From a virus (lineage: Duplodnaviria > Caudoviricetes), in IMG/VR virus record IMGVR_UViG_3300038492_000288, positions 1-38,030 of that record: a stretch of 38,030 nucleotides of DNA; one strand, 5' to 3'. Shown piece by piece: positions 1 to 7,543 of this stretch. The position numbers and the translations under genes were made by a program. Within the stretch, counting starts at the first letter, position 1; each line of letters starts with the position of its first letter. The notes under the pieces were generated by a model. It was not told the origin of the DNA, did no database searches, and saw only the letters and a program-made list of their open reading frames with translations.

Positions 1-17
1 GTTTCCCAGTCACGATC
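1..17 (+). other. Random-amplification (SISPA round A/B) primer, library artefact
   Basis: GTTTCCCAGTCACGATC is the round A/B tag primer; its exact reverse complement is at 38014-38030. Confidence 0.93.
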
Positions 18-19
18 GA

Positions 20-66
20 TGGGGGCGCGGATCGGCGGTCTAGTCTTTTTGAACTTTTTGACCGGG
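20..66 (-). other. Putative cos (cohesive end) region
   Basis: Minus strand reads GGTCAAAAAGTTCAAAAAGACTAGACCGCCGATCCGCGCCCCCA and lies between the HNH block and, circularly, the TerS block, where cos sits in HK97-like phages. Confidence 0.6.
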
Positions 67-189
67 TTCGCGCTTTCGATTCAGTCGCCAGTTCACTCGC
101 GATGGATCTGAACGAGTGATGTTGCGTTGCGTTTGGTCTCGTTGAAACCGTCTGCGGATTGAATCAAGGATTGGATTGATCGGTTTCAT
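40..189 (-). CDS. Small basic hypothetical protein (49 aa)
   Basis: Read by hand, MKPINPILDSIRRRF...QKVQKD*; GGAGG upstream; below the ORF-track cut-off. Confidence 0.3.
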   Translation of the reverse strand: MKPINPILDSIRRRFQRDQTQRNITRSDPSRVNWRLNRKREPGQKVQKD

Positions 190-397
190 TCTGCTGTTCC
201 TCCAGCTGTGCTTTCTTCTCTGCGATGACTCTGCGTCGACGTTGCAGCGCGTGGTTGTCCATCATCATGAATCGGTCTGCGATCACGAGGCGATTGCCGG
301 AGGTTAATCCCTCATCGAATAACCTCTGGTAGTGTTTGAATTCACCGATTGCTTTGGTGATGAAGTAGGCGAGAGGTCTGTGTCTGAATCTTCTCAT
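164..397 (-). CDS. Hypothetical protein
   Basis: 77-aa ORF with ATGA overlap on the upstream gene. Confidence 0.6.
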   Translation of the reverse strand: MRRFRHRPLAYFITKAIGEFKHYQRLFDEGLTSGNRLVIADRFMMMDNHALQRRRRVIAEKKAQLEEQQNETDQSNP

Positions 398-672
398 GTG
401 TGCGCTCCCTCATTGCTGATTGACTGCAGTGCTTCGGCATTCACTGTGATTGACAATCCTGTAAGCGGATTGGTGAATGTAAACTGGTTTGCTTCCGCGT
501 CCAGTTCCAAGTCTTCCACAGCTATTGTGAGGTGCACTCTGTTCAGATCCCATGGCTGCATGGTGTCGAGCTTTGCGCAGAGCGCTCCGGGTATCTCCCG
601 ATCCCCTATGCTGAAGGAGGTATGGTGCCCGCATGGGCCTCCTTTGATCTTGATCATTGTCTTCGTGTCCAT
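394..672 (-). CDS. Hypothetical protein (92 aa, start re-called at MDTKTM)
   Basis: AGGAG SD before ATG at 672, just after the HNH stop. Confidence 0.65.
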   Translation of the reverse strand: MDTKTMIKIKGGPCGHHTSFSIGDREIPGALCAKLDTMQPWDLNRVHLTIAVEDLELDAEANQFTFTNPLTGLSITVNAEALQSISNEGAHT

Positions 673-674
673 GT

Positions 675-998
675 CTATCTCCTGTGTGGGTTTCCGAATC
701 CACCGTCCTGCTTTGCCGTCTTGACGCTGTGGCAGCTGTGGCAGAGTGATTGGTGATTGGATGGGTGGTTGTTCCAACTGTTGCCGTCGATGTGATCCAC
801 GTGTGTGGCTTCCACCTTCTGGCCGTTGTGTCTGTTGTATGGGTCTGCGCAGTACGGATGCTTGGTGAGCTGGTGTGTTCGCATGCGGATCCACGTCCTG
901 TGGTTCGTTGGATACTTGCGGCGAGCCCGCCTTTGGTTGGTTGTGGTGTGCCGCTTGGCACGTCCGTGTGCCTTGTGCTGCTTGGGTAGGTTAGGCAT
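675..998 (-). CDS. HNH endonuclease (HK97 gp74-like packaging cofactor)
   Basis: ATHVDHIDG..N...NHQSLCHSCHSVKT motif; next to cos/terminase. Confidence 0.93.
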   Translation of the reverse strand: MPNLPKQHKAHGRAKRHTTTNQRRARRKYPTNHRTWIRMRTHQLTKHPYCADPYNRHNGQKVEATHVDHIDGNSWNNHPSNHQSLCHSCHSVKTAKQDGGFGNPHRR

Positions 999-1285
999 CA
1001 GCCTTTCACTGTGACTGTTGCCTTTGATCCCACGATCCTTGCGCCGACTGCAGCTGCTGTGCTGCTCTTCTCGAGGATGTAATTGCCTGCAGGATATTCC
1101 AGATCCTCTGTGGTCACGTCTGTGCTGTCATCGAACGTGTTCAGAGTCTGGCCGTTTCCTTCCTGCTTGAGCGTGATGGTCTCACCGGATCCCAACAGAT
1201 GCACGTCCAGATCCAGCACTGCTGTTCCTGATGCGATGTTGAAGTGTCCGGTTGCTGCGTCTGTCTGTGCTGCGATTACATACAT
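998..1285 (-). CDS. Small beta-rich protein, possible head-spike base or capsid decoration (95 aa)
   Basis: GGAG SD before ATG 1285; T/G/A/V-rich composition. Function is inferred. Confidence 0.55.
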   Translation of the reverse strand: MYVIAAQTDAATGHFNIASGTAVLDLDVHLLGSGETITLKQEGNGQTLNTFDDSTDVTTEDLEYPAGNYILEKSSTAAAVGARIVGSKATVTVKG

Positions 1286-1300
1286 GTTTGTCTCCAATTG

Positions 1301-1323
1301 AAAAGGCCACGCGTTGGTGGCCT
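1301..1323 (-). terminator. Intrinsic terminator
   Basis: AGGCCAC-CAACGC-GTGGCCT followed by TTTC on the minus strand. Confidence 0.55.
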
Positions 1324-1352
1324 CTACTGTAACAGAAACGAAAGGGAATTTG

Positions 1353-1550
1353 CTATTCGAGACGCGTCTGCAGCTCTGCCTGGATAGCTTTGCATTCAGC
1401 GAGATATGCTTCTTGCGCGGCAACCGCCCTTGCGGACAGATCAGGTTCCACTGCCAGTAGCTTCCTCTGTTCCTTGATCGTCTGTGTCGCTGCTCGTGCT
1501 TGGTTGCTGCACTGACGGATCTTCTCTTCCTCGCATTGTTGGCCGGACAT
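1353..1550 (-). CDS. Small coiled-coil protein (65 aa) overlapping the 3' end of the upstream gene
   Basis: AGGAGG SD before ATG 1550; helical composition. Confidence 0.6.
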   Translation of the reverse strand: MSGQQCEEEKIRQCSNQARAATQTIKEQRKLLAVEPDLSARAVAAQEAYLAECKAIQAELQTRLE

Positions 1551-1980
1551 ACACACCCTCCTGTTGGATATACACTAGTTTGGTCTGGTTGATTGTAACC
1601 TCTTTGTATATCTCCCGCAGCTTCTCGTTTACCTCATCCTTGAGGATTCCCATCATTCGGAGCATATCTGCTTTGATTTCAGTCTGGAGGTTTCGGTCAA
1701 TCATGGATGTCTCACGCTGAAGGTTATAGATCTCCTGCTGCTTATCCATGATTGAATTGGATCTGAAAAGGAATGCGAACAGTACTGCAGCGCAGACAAA
1801 GATCAACGAATAGATCAGCCACTTGTCTTCGCGATCAAGACCTTTGGGCGAATACAACTGAAGCACGTTACCGACACCGTGGTTCTCGTGCCTGTGGCTG
1901 TAATCCTTCACGTACCTATGGAAGGGTATTGACTCTGGCGATTCCATAGGCTGGCTTCGCTTATTGTCCTCCATTCCCAT
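1441..1980 (-). CDS. Single-TM coiled-coil membrane protein (holin/spanin candidate)
   Basis: Hydrophobic WLIYSLIFVCAAVLFAFLF followed by a heptad-like region. Confidence 0.65.
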   Translation of the reverse strand: MGMEDNKRSQPMESPESIPFHRYVKDYSHRHENHGVGNVLQLYSPKGLDREDKWLIYSLIFVCAAVLFAFLFRSNSIMDKQQEIYNLQRETSMIDRNLQTEIKADMLRMMGILKDEVNEKLREIYKEVTINQTKLVYIQQEGVYVRPTMRGREDPSVQQPSTSSDTDDQGTEEATGSGT

Positions 1981-2413
1981 CTTTAGCCAGCTCCCATATC
2001 ATGTCTCGTATTGTGTTGAAGTTCTGCTCTGTCTTGATGTCGAGCTGGGTTATCTGCGCTGAGAGACGTTCTTCTCGTTCAACCATTGCTTGATTGAATT
2101 CCACTCTGGCTTCCTGAATCGAGTGTGTGTTCTCGAGGATCAGTTCTCTGTTGCCATTGATCGATGCTGCGTTGTTTTCTATTTGAGCATGGTCGCTGAA
2201 ATAGACACGCATCACGCTTACGCACATGGCGATAATGGCCAGCCACGAAACGATCACGCTTGGACGCTTCCAGATTGGTGTGTTGTCCGGCTCCGGTTGA
2301 GGCGCATCCTTCAGCTCTCTGACATCTGTGTCCAGCCTGGCCATAGTCATGTTTATCTTGTCCAATACTGAGACAGGCACACTCACTGTTGGTTCTTGGG
2401 TCTTATCATTCAT
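1961..2413 (-). CDS. Single-TM coiled-coil membrane protein (holin candidate)
   Basis: TM segment VIVSWLAIIAMCVSVM with coiled-coil flanks. Confidence 0.7.
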   Translation of the reverse strand: MNDKTQEPTVSVPVSVLDKINMTMARLDTDVRELKDAPQPEPDNTPIWKRPSVIVSWLAIIAMCVSVMRVYFSDHAQIENNAASINGNRELILENTHSIQEARVEFNQAMVEREERLSAQITQLDIKTEQNFNTIRDMIWELAKDGNGGQ

Positions 2414-2428
2414 GAGTCCCTATCCTCA

Positions 2429-5071
2429 TTATGGTAGTGGTACCGCTTCGTTTTCCATGAAGTCACGATACGCAAGCACACCGATCGCATTTTCACTGTA
2501 GTGAACACCGAGAGGGTCATCGCGAAACATGATCGGGTCATCTGCGTCATTTAGACCGCCAACGTAAAGATCTCTGTCATTCGCATCCTTGTAGATGACA
2601 TCTTCACGCGTCTTAATGAAGGTTGCGGCTGATCTTGCATCGCACCATGTCTCCATGGCGGCATTGTATGCTGCTGCTCGAATCTCATACTCTGCTGGCG
2701 TGATTGCGCCGCCTGACTGGTTGCGTGGTGGCAGCTGACTGATGAATACATGATTGCATCCGTTGTCCAGAAGATGCTGGTAAAAGTTCTGCCCGAGGGT
2801 TATCAATGCGGCTGAACTTGTGCCACTGACATGCAGATCATTGCCGCCTATGGTGCTGTTCACTCTTGATACGCCTGTCGTGTCTGAGAACATTGCAACC
2901 AGTGTTGCACGCTCATCCCATGCATTCTGAAGTGTGCGACCACCTACAGATACTCGTCGCGCACGCCAAGTGCCTCCACACAAACCTTGAAACAGACCAT
3001 ACCTTGACTGCCTGTTCAGTGGGTGTTGCGGATCAACGTTCGAGTCGCCTTCGTAGATCATCTGATTGATCGCTGTGTCAGCCAGCTTGGTCTGTGGATT
3101 ACGAGGCTCCACAAACTGGTTCTGATCCTGCAGGGTCTTCAGACCAAGAGCTTCATACCCGCGCATTGGTCGACCTGATAGTGAACGGACAGCGCCTGAT
3201 TCAATTGTGATGCTTCCTGCTGTCTCTGACTGATTGAATGAGTTGGTTTCGTCAAACACATCTGTCATGACAGAGCCGCCCTGGTTGATATCAAACAATT
3301 GCTTGAACCCTTCAATGCGATCACCGTCCATTCTCACAGAGAGGACAGTTTCGTTATCGAGGCCCGCTGCATTTGTGGCCTCTGGATTATCGATTGCTGA
3401 CTGTCTACGGACGAGGCGAACATCACCGTTCTCGTCAATCTCAACAAACCAGCAGTTATCTGCGTCTGCCCATCTCAGGTAGACCTTGATCACATCACCA
3501 GCACTTGGCAGTGTCTCGATTGCGATGTGGATCCACGCACCGTTTGTGTCGTTGTCGTGAGTGAACTGGTACCCGTCTGTAACGCTGGAATTTGTGAAGG
3601 TGAAGTTGAAAGTGAAGTCATGAGTAATATTCGGGCACTGCATTGCCTTCATTCTGGCCGTGTTGATTCCGGTCTGAAAGAACATGCCCACATTCTTGCT
3701 TGAAGCTGCAGGGTTTGATGACAGAAGAGTAAGCTGGCCACCGAGTTCTACAAATATGCTGTACCCATCAGTGAATCCAACCGTGCTGCCGCCTTCGTGC
3801 GGATTGAACTGGTAACTCCAGCCACCAAAGACAACAATGATTTCTGCTGGCTCAGTGCCTTCTCCGATGTCACCAATTATTGATTGTCCGGCATTTTTGT
3901 TGAAAATCTCACCGTTGTCCCAAAACTGGACAGTTCCATATCCAGTCGCGTTCAATCCTTGATCAAGTGTTGGCACTGCTCCGTTCGAGAATGTGTCTTT
4001 TTCCACAGCACCGAATTGTGGGCGCTGAATGCCTGGCAGGTTATCAACTGAGAAATAAAACCCCATCGGAAACGCCGCGCGTGGCAGCATAGAGTGATTC
4101 TGAAACCCTCCAGCTACAAGAACCAGTCCTGTAAGTTCATAGGCTCCTGTCTGAACTTCAAGCGTTGTGCCGACGTCCTTCAGGTTCGTCTGCAGCTGTC
4201 CTTCCTGAACTGCATTGTCCAGATCCTCTGAGATGTCCTCATGTTCGAATGTATGAGTGTCAAAATCACCAGATCTGGCATCTGCCCTGGATAGGAAATA
4301 CGGATAATTGATGATTGCCTGTGACGCGTTCGGGCCTTTGTTGTACTCAGCTGTAAGTTCTGCGGCTGTAGGAGTGCGAAGCCACATGCTCGGCTTTCTG
4401 AGCGTCATGTCTGAGTACGCGTGAAGAGTGCCGCCAAAGATCAAGTGCCGTGAGAGGTTTGATGGGTTCAGTGGCAGGCCTGTGACGTCTGTCGTGTACT
4501 TCGTGCCGTTATTGATCTGAACCCACACTTCCTCGTTTTCTAGATCGTATCCGCATGCGAAGAATGTATCTGCTGCCAGCGCATCAAATGCGGGTGTTGC
4601 TGCAGATCTATAGTGATTTGAGCCATCGTGCATGACACATGTCAGGTTCAGAACCATGTCTGTTCCTGTTGAATCTGCAAGGAAGAGATAGGCAGTGAAA
4701 TGTCCGTCAGGCTGCGCACCCCATCCATGGATACACATGACAAATTGTGATTCTTCGGTTTGGCCCTCGGTTGCACGCACCCAACCAGCCCATGTGAAAC
4801 CTGTTTGATCAAGTTTCGGGATTGCGTTCTCGGCGCACATCAATGCTCCGCGATTTGGTGCGTCCTGCGTTCTGATGCCGCCATACTGTACTACTCCGTT
4901 GTCACCGAGTCTTGGTGGCATTGGCAGCGCCGTGTATATCGAATCACGGTCACCTGACATCTCCAGAAGAGGCCAGTGGTAGTCAGGAGTCAGCTCGTCG
5001 CCACCTCTGCCTGGAATTTTCTGGCCGATCTTACGGCCAATCGGTTTACCTACGCCCATTCCAACTCCCAT
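2429..5071 (-). CDS. Large virion-associated protein: LamG/ConA-like N-domain plus C-terminal SGNH/GDSL esterase
   Basis: YHWPL..E, FTWAGWV, FFACGYD and L..EYNKG resemble LamG; YEGDSN, GGND and DPLGVHYS are SGNH blocks; GAGGAG SD. Confidence 0.75.
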   Translation of the reverse strand: MGVGMGVGKPIGRKIGQKIPGRGGDELTPDYHWPLLEMSGDRDSIYTALPMPPRLGDNGVVQYGGIRTQDAPNRGALMCAENAIPKLDQTGFTWAGWVRATEGQTEESQFVMCIHGWGAQPDGHFTAYLFLADSTGTDMVLNLTCVMHDGSNHYRSAATPAFDALAADTFFACGYDLENEEVWVQINNGTKYTTDVTGLPLNPSNLSRHLIFGGTLHAYSDMTLRKPSMWLRTPTAAELTAEYNKGPNASQAIINYPYFLSRADARSGDFDTHTFEHEDISEDLDNAVQEGQLQTNLKDVGTTLEVQTGAYELTGLVLVAGGFQNHSMLPRAAFPMGFYFSVDNLPGIQRPQFGAVEKDTFSNGAVPTLDQGLNATGYGTVQFWDNGEIFNKNAGQSIIGDIGEGTEPAEIIVVFGGWSYQFNPHEGGSTVGFTDGYSIFVELGGQLTLLSSNPAASSKNVGMFFQTGINTARMKAMQCPNITHDFTFNFTFTNSSVTDGYQFTHDNDTNGAWIHIAIETLPSAGDVIKVYLRWADADNCWFVEIDENGDVRLVRRQSAIDNPEATNAAGLDNETVLSVRMDGDRIEGFKQLFDINQGGSVMTDVFDETNSFNQSETAGSITIESGAVRSLSGRPMRGYEALGLKTLQDQNQFVEPRNPQTKLADTAINQMIYEGDSNVDPQHPLNRQSRYGLFQGLCGGTWRARRVSVGGRTLQNAWDERATLVAMFSDTTGVSRVNSTIGGNDLHVSGTSSAALITLGQNFYQHLLDNGCNHVFISQLPPRNQSGGAITPAEYEIRAAAYNAAMETWCDARSAATFIKTREDVIYKDANDRDLYVGGLNDADDPIMFRDDPLGVHYSENAIGVLAYRDFMENEAVPLP

Positions 5072-5082
5072 GATATTTGCTC

Positions 5083-5128
5083 CTCGGGTACCGCCCCAAC
5101 TTCAGAGGGTCTCTCTGCGGCACCCGAG
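5083..5128 (-). promoter_or_regulatory. 12-bp stem-loop overlapping the SD of the 880-aa gene
   Basis: CTCGGGTGCCGC...GCGGTACCCGAG (one G-U); the 3' arm runs into GAGGAG. Confidence 0.55.
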
Positions 5129-5141
5129 TCGCAAACTTGGA

Positions 5142-5918
5142 TTAACCGCCTGTGCCGTCGTCGTCTGGAGGCTCGTTCGAATTGTCTTGCTCGTCGTTCT
5201 GGTCGCCTGGAGAGTTGTTGCGGCAATCATCGCCTTCACGACATATGCTGTCATCACGGTTACCGCCTGTAATGTCTCGTCCAGCAGAATCACGGCCTAT
5301 GTTATCACGTCCGACGACTGTGGTATCGCCCACGGCTGTATCGTTGTCCTCCGTGATGGTCGTGTCGTTGTCCTCTGTACGCGTGGTTGTAGTGGTTGTG
5401 TTGGTGACCACGGAGTTGTCTATGTTCGGCCTTCCACCCTCGACGAAGATGTCTCTGGCACCATCGAACATCGTTCTCGCTGTCCTCTGAACGTCTCGGT
5501 TGATCGCAAAGGGCACCACTGCTTTGACCGTCTCGACCAGTCCGTTGCTTACGGATTCTGCGATGCTTGAGTATGCGTCGTACCGTGTTGTAACGGATCC
5601 GGTTGCGGCTTTACCCGCTTCCTGCGCTACGGCCTGGACACATTCGGATTTCTCTCTGGACATACTGGCGATTGCTTGATTCGCAGACGCGGCGCAGAAA
5701 CCGTAGCCGGCGCTGTTTGGATCGATCCCGTCGCAGCTCATGGGTTGCAGGTTTGTCTCGCAGGCGCCCGCGATTTCTACTGCGGCCTCGCTCTTTACCG
5801 TGATCTGCTCCGTGTTGGCCTCCACGATTGCTTTGTCAATCGCCGCCTGTTCTGGTGAGAGTGTGCACGCGCTAAGGAACGTTGCGAGTGCAATCATGAT
5901 GATTCTGGTGGTTTTCAT
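5142..5918 (-). CDS. Lipoprotein with Thr/Asp-rich repetitive C-terminus
   Basis: Signal peptide with lipobox FLSAC; TEDNDT x2 and GRD x3 repeats. Confidence 0.8.
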   Translation of the reverse strand: MKTTRIIMIALATFLSACTLSPEQAAIDKAIVEANTEQITVKSEAAVEIAGACETNLQPMSCDGIDPNSAGYGFCAASANQAIASMSREKSECVQAVAQEAGKAATGSVTTRYDAYSSIAESVSNGLVETVKAVVPFAINRDVQRTARTMFDGARDIFVEGGRPNIDNSVVTNTTTTTTRTEDNDTTITEDNDTAVGDTTVVGRDNIGRDSAGRDITGGNRDDSICREGDDCRNNSPGDQNDEQDNSNEPPDDDGTGG

Positions 5919-6538
5919 GCGACTTTCTCCGTCATTTTGAACCTGTAGGATATCTCCTGCTGTACTTCTGGATGGTCATCCATGTCTTCGTGATTGACGC
6001 CCTCGAGCACTACGTGTCGCTTGATTCTGTCCTGTGGAATCCCTTTCACTTCACGGCCTTTCGGACGGTCGCCTTCCTGTCTGAAGAGGCTGACGGCCAT
6101 CACGTTATCTGTCAGTTTGATTTTGCCCCACTTGGTGAAGTAGCTGACCGGGTTTGCCGGGAGCCAATGAGGAAATACACCGGATCTGTAAACCGGATCA
6201 ACAAGGACGAGATAATCGATTACTCGTCCGAGTGCCATGAGTGCGGCAGCGAATCTTGGAAGGTATCGGCCACCACCCCACGAATATGCGGCTACACAGA
6301 TCACAGTGTTTTCATCTGTGCAGTCATGAATGAACTGTGCGAAGTGTTCTGGATTGTAATCCCACTCCTGCGGTAAAACGTCGAGCACGCACCCGGGCGA
6401 CTTCATGTGATCCTCGAGAAAGGAGTGTCTCATGCCTGTTGGTTTCCCGAGGTGCTGAGTGAAGCCGCTGATCCGGATGTGTACGCGCTCGAAAATGTGG
6501 TTGCTACTGTTCAACGCCAGTACTCCGCGCTGATCCAT
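5915..6538 (-). CDS. Alpha/beta-hydrolase (esterase/lipase-like)
   Basis: Nucleophile elbow AYSWGG, then LVLVDPV and a C-terminal His (NHEDMD). Confidence 0.75.
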   Translation of the reverse strand: MDQRGVLALNSSNHIFERVHIRISGFTQHLGKPTGMRHSFLEDHMKSPGCVLDVLPQEWDYNPEHFAQFIHDCTDENTVICVAAYSWGGGRYLPRFAAALMALGRVIDYLVLVDPVYRSGVFPHWLPANPVSYFTKWGKIKLTDNVMAVSLFRQEGDRPKGREVKGIPQDRIKRHVVLEGVNHEDMDDHPEVQQEISYRFKMTEKVA

Positions 6539-6993
6539 CGATCAAGCCTGTACTGAGTAACCACCACGAAGGATCTCAGTTTGACGTCATCCACCCATTT
6601 GCTATCAATTGCATGCGCGGATACCTTCCGGTGATCCAGCTCGTTGAGAGCATCGAGCATGTTCTTGAACCCCATAAGGCGCGTGTGCCCCATATTGAAT
6701 TCCATGTTGATCAGTTGTGCCTTTCGGACGTCAGACAGTTTGTCGTAATTTGGGAGAGTCTTGGCGTCTTTGACGGCTACTTCCAGATCTTTCCTGAGTA
6801 GGTGTTCTGCAATGTCGAATGAGATTACTTGTCCATCTTGGACGCCTTGGGTGTGACCGTACCCAATAGTCCAGATGCCTTTTGTGTCCTGATAAGCGGT
6901 GAGTGCCGGAATACCGCCATTTGCTTCTTGGTGTTTGAGTTGGAGGATGAGTCTGAATTCAGCGTTCTCGCTGAGACCTGTGAGAGTGGTCAT
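6511..6993 (-). CDS. Endolysin, T4-type lysozyme (GH24)
   Basis: E...AYQDTKGIWTIGYGH and LINMEFNMG...F.NML.AL...DSKW motifs. Confidence 0.92.
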   Translation of the reverse strand: MTTLTGLSENAEFRLILQLKHQEANGGIPALTAYQDTKGIWTIGYGHTQGVQDGQVISFDIAEHLLRKDLEVAVKDAKTLPNYDKLSDVRKAQLINMEFNMGHTRLMGFKNMLDALNELDHRKVSAHAIDSKWVDDVKLRSFVVVTQYRLDRWISAEYWR

Positions 6994-7027
6994 CTTTTGA
7001 CACCATGTTTTGCTACCAGTGGTGGTC

Positions 7028-7056
7028 AAAATAACGCCAATTTACATGGCGGTCAA
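7028..7056 (-). promoter_or_regulatory. Sigma70-like late promoter upstream of the endolysin
   Basis: TTGACC-N17-TATTTT on the minus strand, in the PR' position. Confidence 0.6.
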
Positions 7057-7057
7057 A

Positions 7058-7543
7058 TTACTTGCCGTGTTCTTTCATCAGCTCGAGCGCCATTTCTTTG
7101 ATGTCCTCGGGCAATCCGACATCCTTCAGATCCAGTTTGAATGCTTCGGATCTTGCTTCCTGCCACAGTTTAAATAAAAAATAAGCCGCCCTGGATTCGC
7201 TGTATATTTCTTTCTGGCCGCTCATGTCGCGGATTGGCAATGTGAATAACCCGGCTTCCATCATCATGATGTGAGTCTCGGAAATCGAGCGCGTTATATA
7301 CTCCCATCGCGATTCTTCGAAGTCTGGATCTTTGCCGGGATTGTCGAGTACATCATGGCAGGCGCTGCAGCATATACCCGCGATCCTGTCATCGGCCTTG
7401 AGACCCATTCCGAATGCACCAATCACACTGAAATGCGCGAGGACAGATGTTTCTTTGTCGTTGGTACAAACGTTGGCGATCCGCATCGTGCACGGCTTTC
7501 CCTTGGCGAACCGAGTATACTTTGTCTGCCTGATCTTGCTCAC
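7058..7543 (-). CDS. DUF1364/YbcO-like nuclease-domain protein
   Basis: AKGKPCTMR...C...ETSVLAH...GMGLKADD...CSACHD; GTG start with GGAGG SD overlaps the MTase stop. Confidence 0.8.
   Translation of the reverse strand: MSKIRQTKYTRFAKGKPCTMRIANVCTNDKETSVLAHFSVIGAFGMGLKADDRIAGICCSACHDVLDNPGKDPDFEESRWEYITRSISETHIMMMEAGLFTLPIRDMSGQKEIYSESRAAYFLFKLWQEARSEAFKLDLKDVGLPEDIKEMALELMKEHGK

Noticed and set aside
410-961. 183-aa ORF overlapping HNH, and the upstream extension of 394-894
   Set aside because: Low-complexity alternative frames; HNH and the 92-aa gene explain the region.
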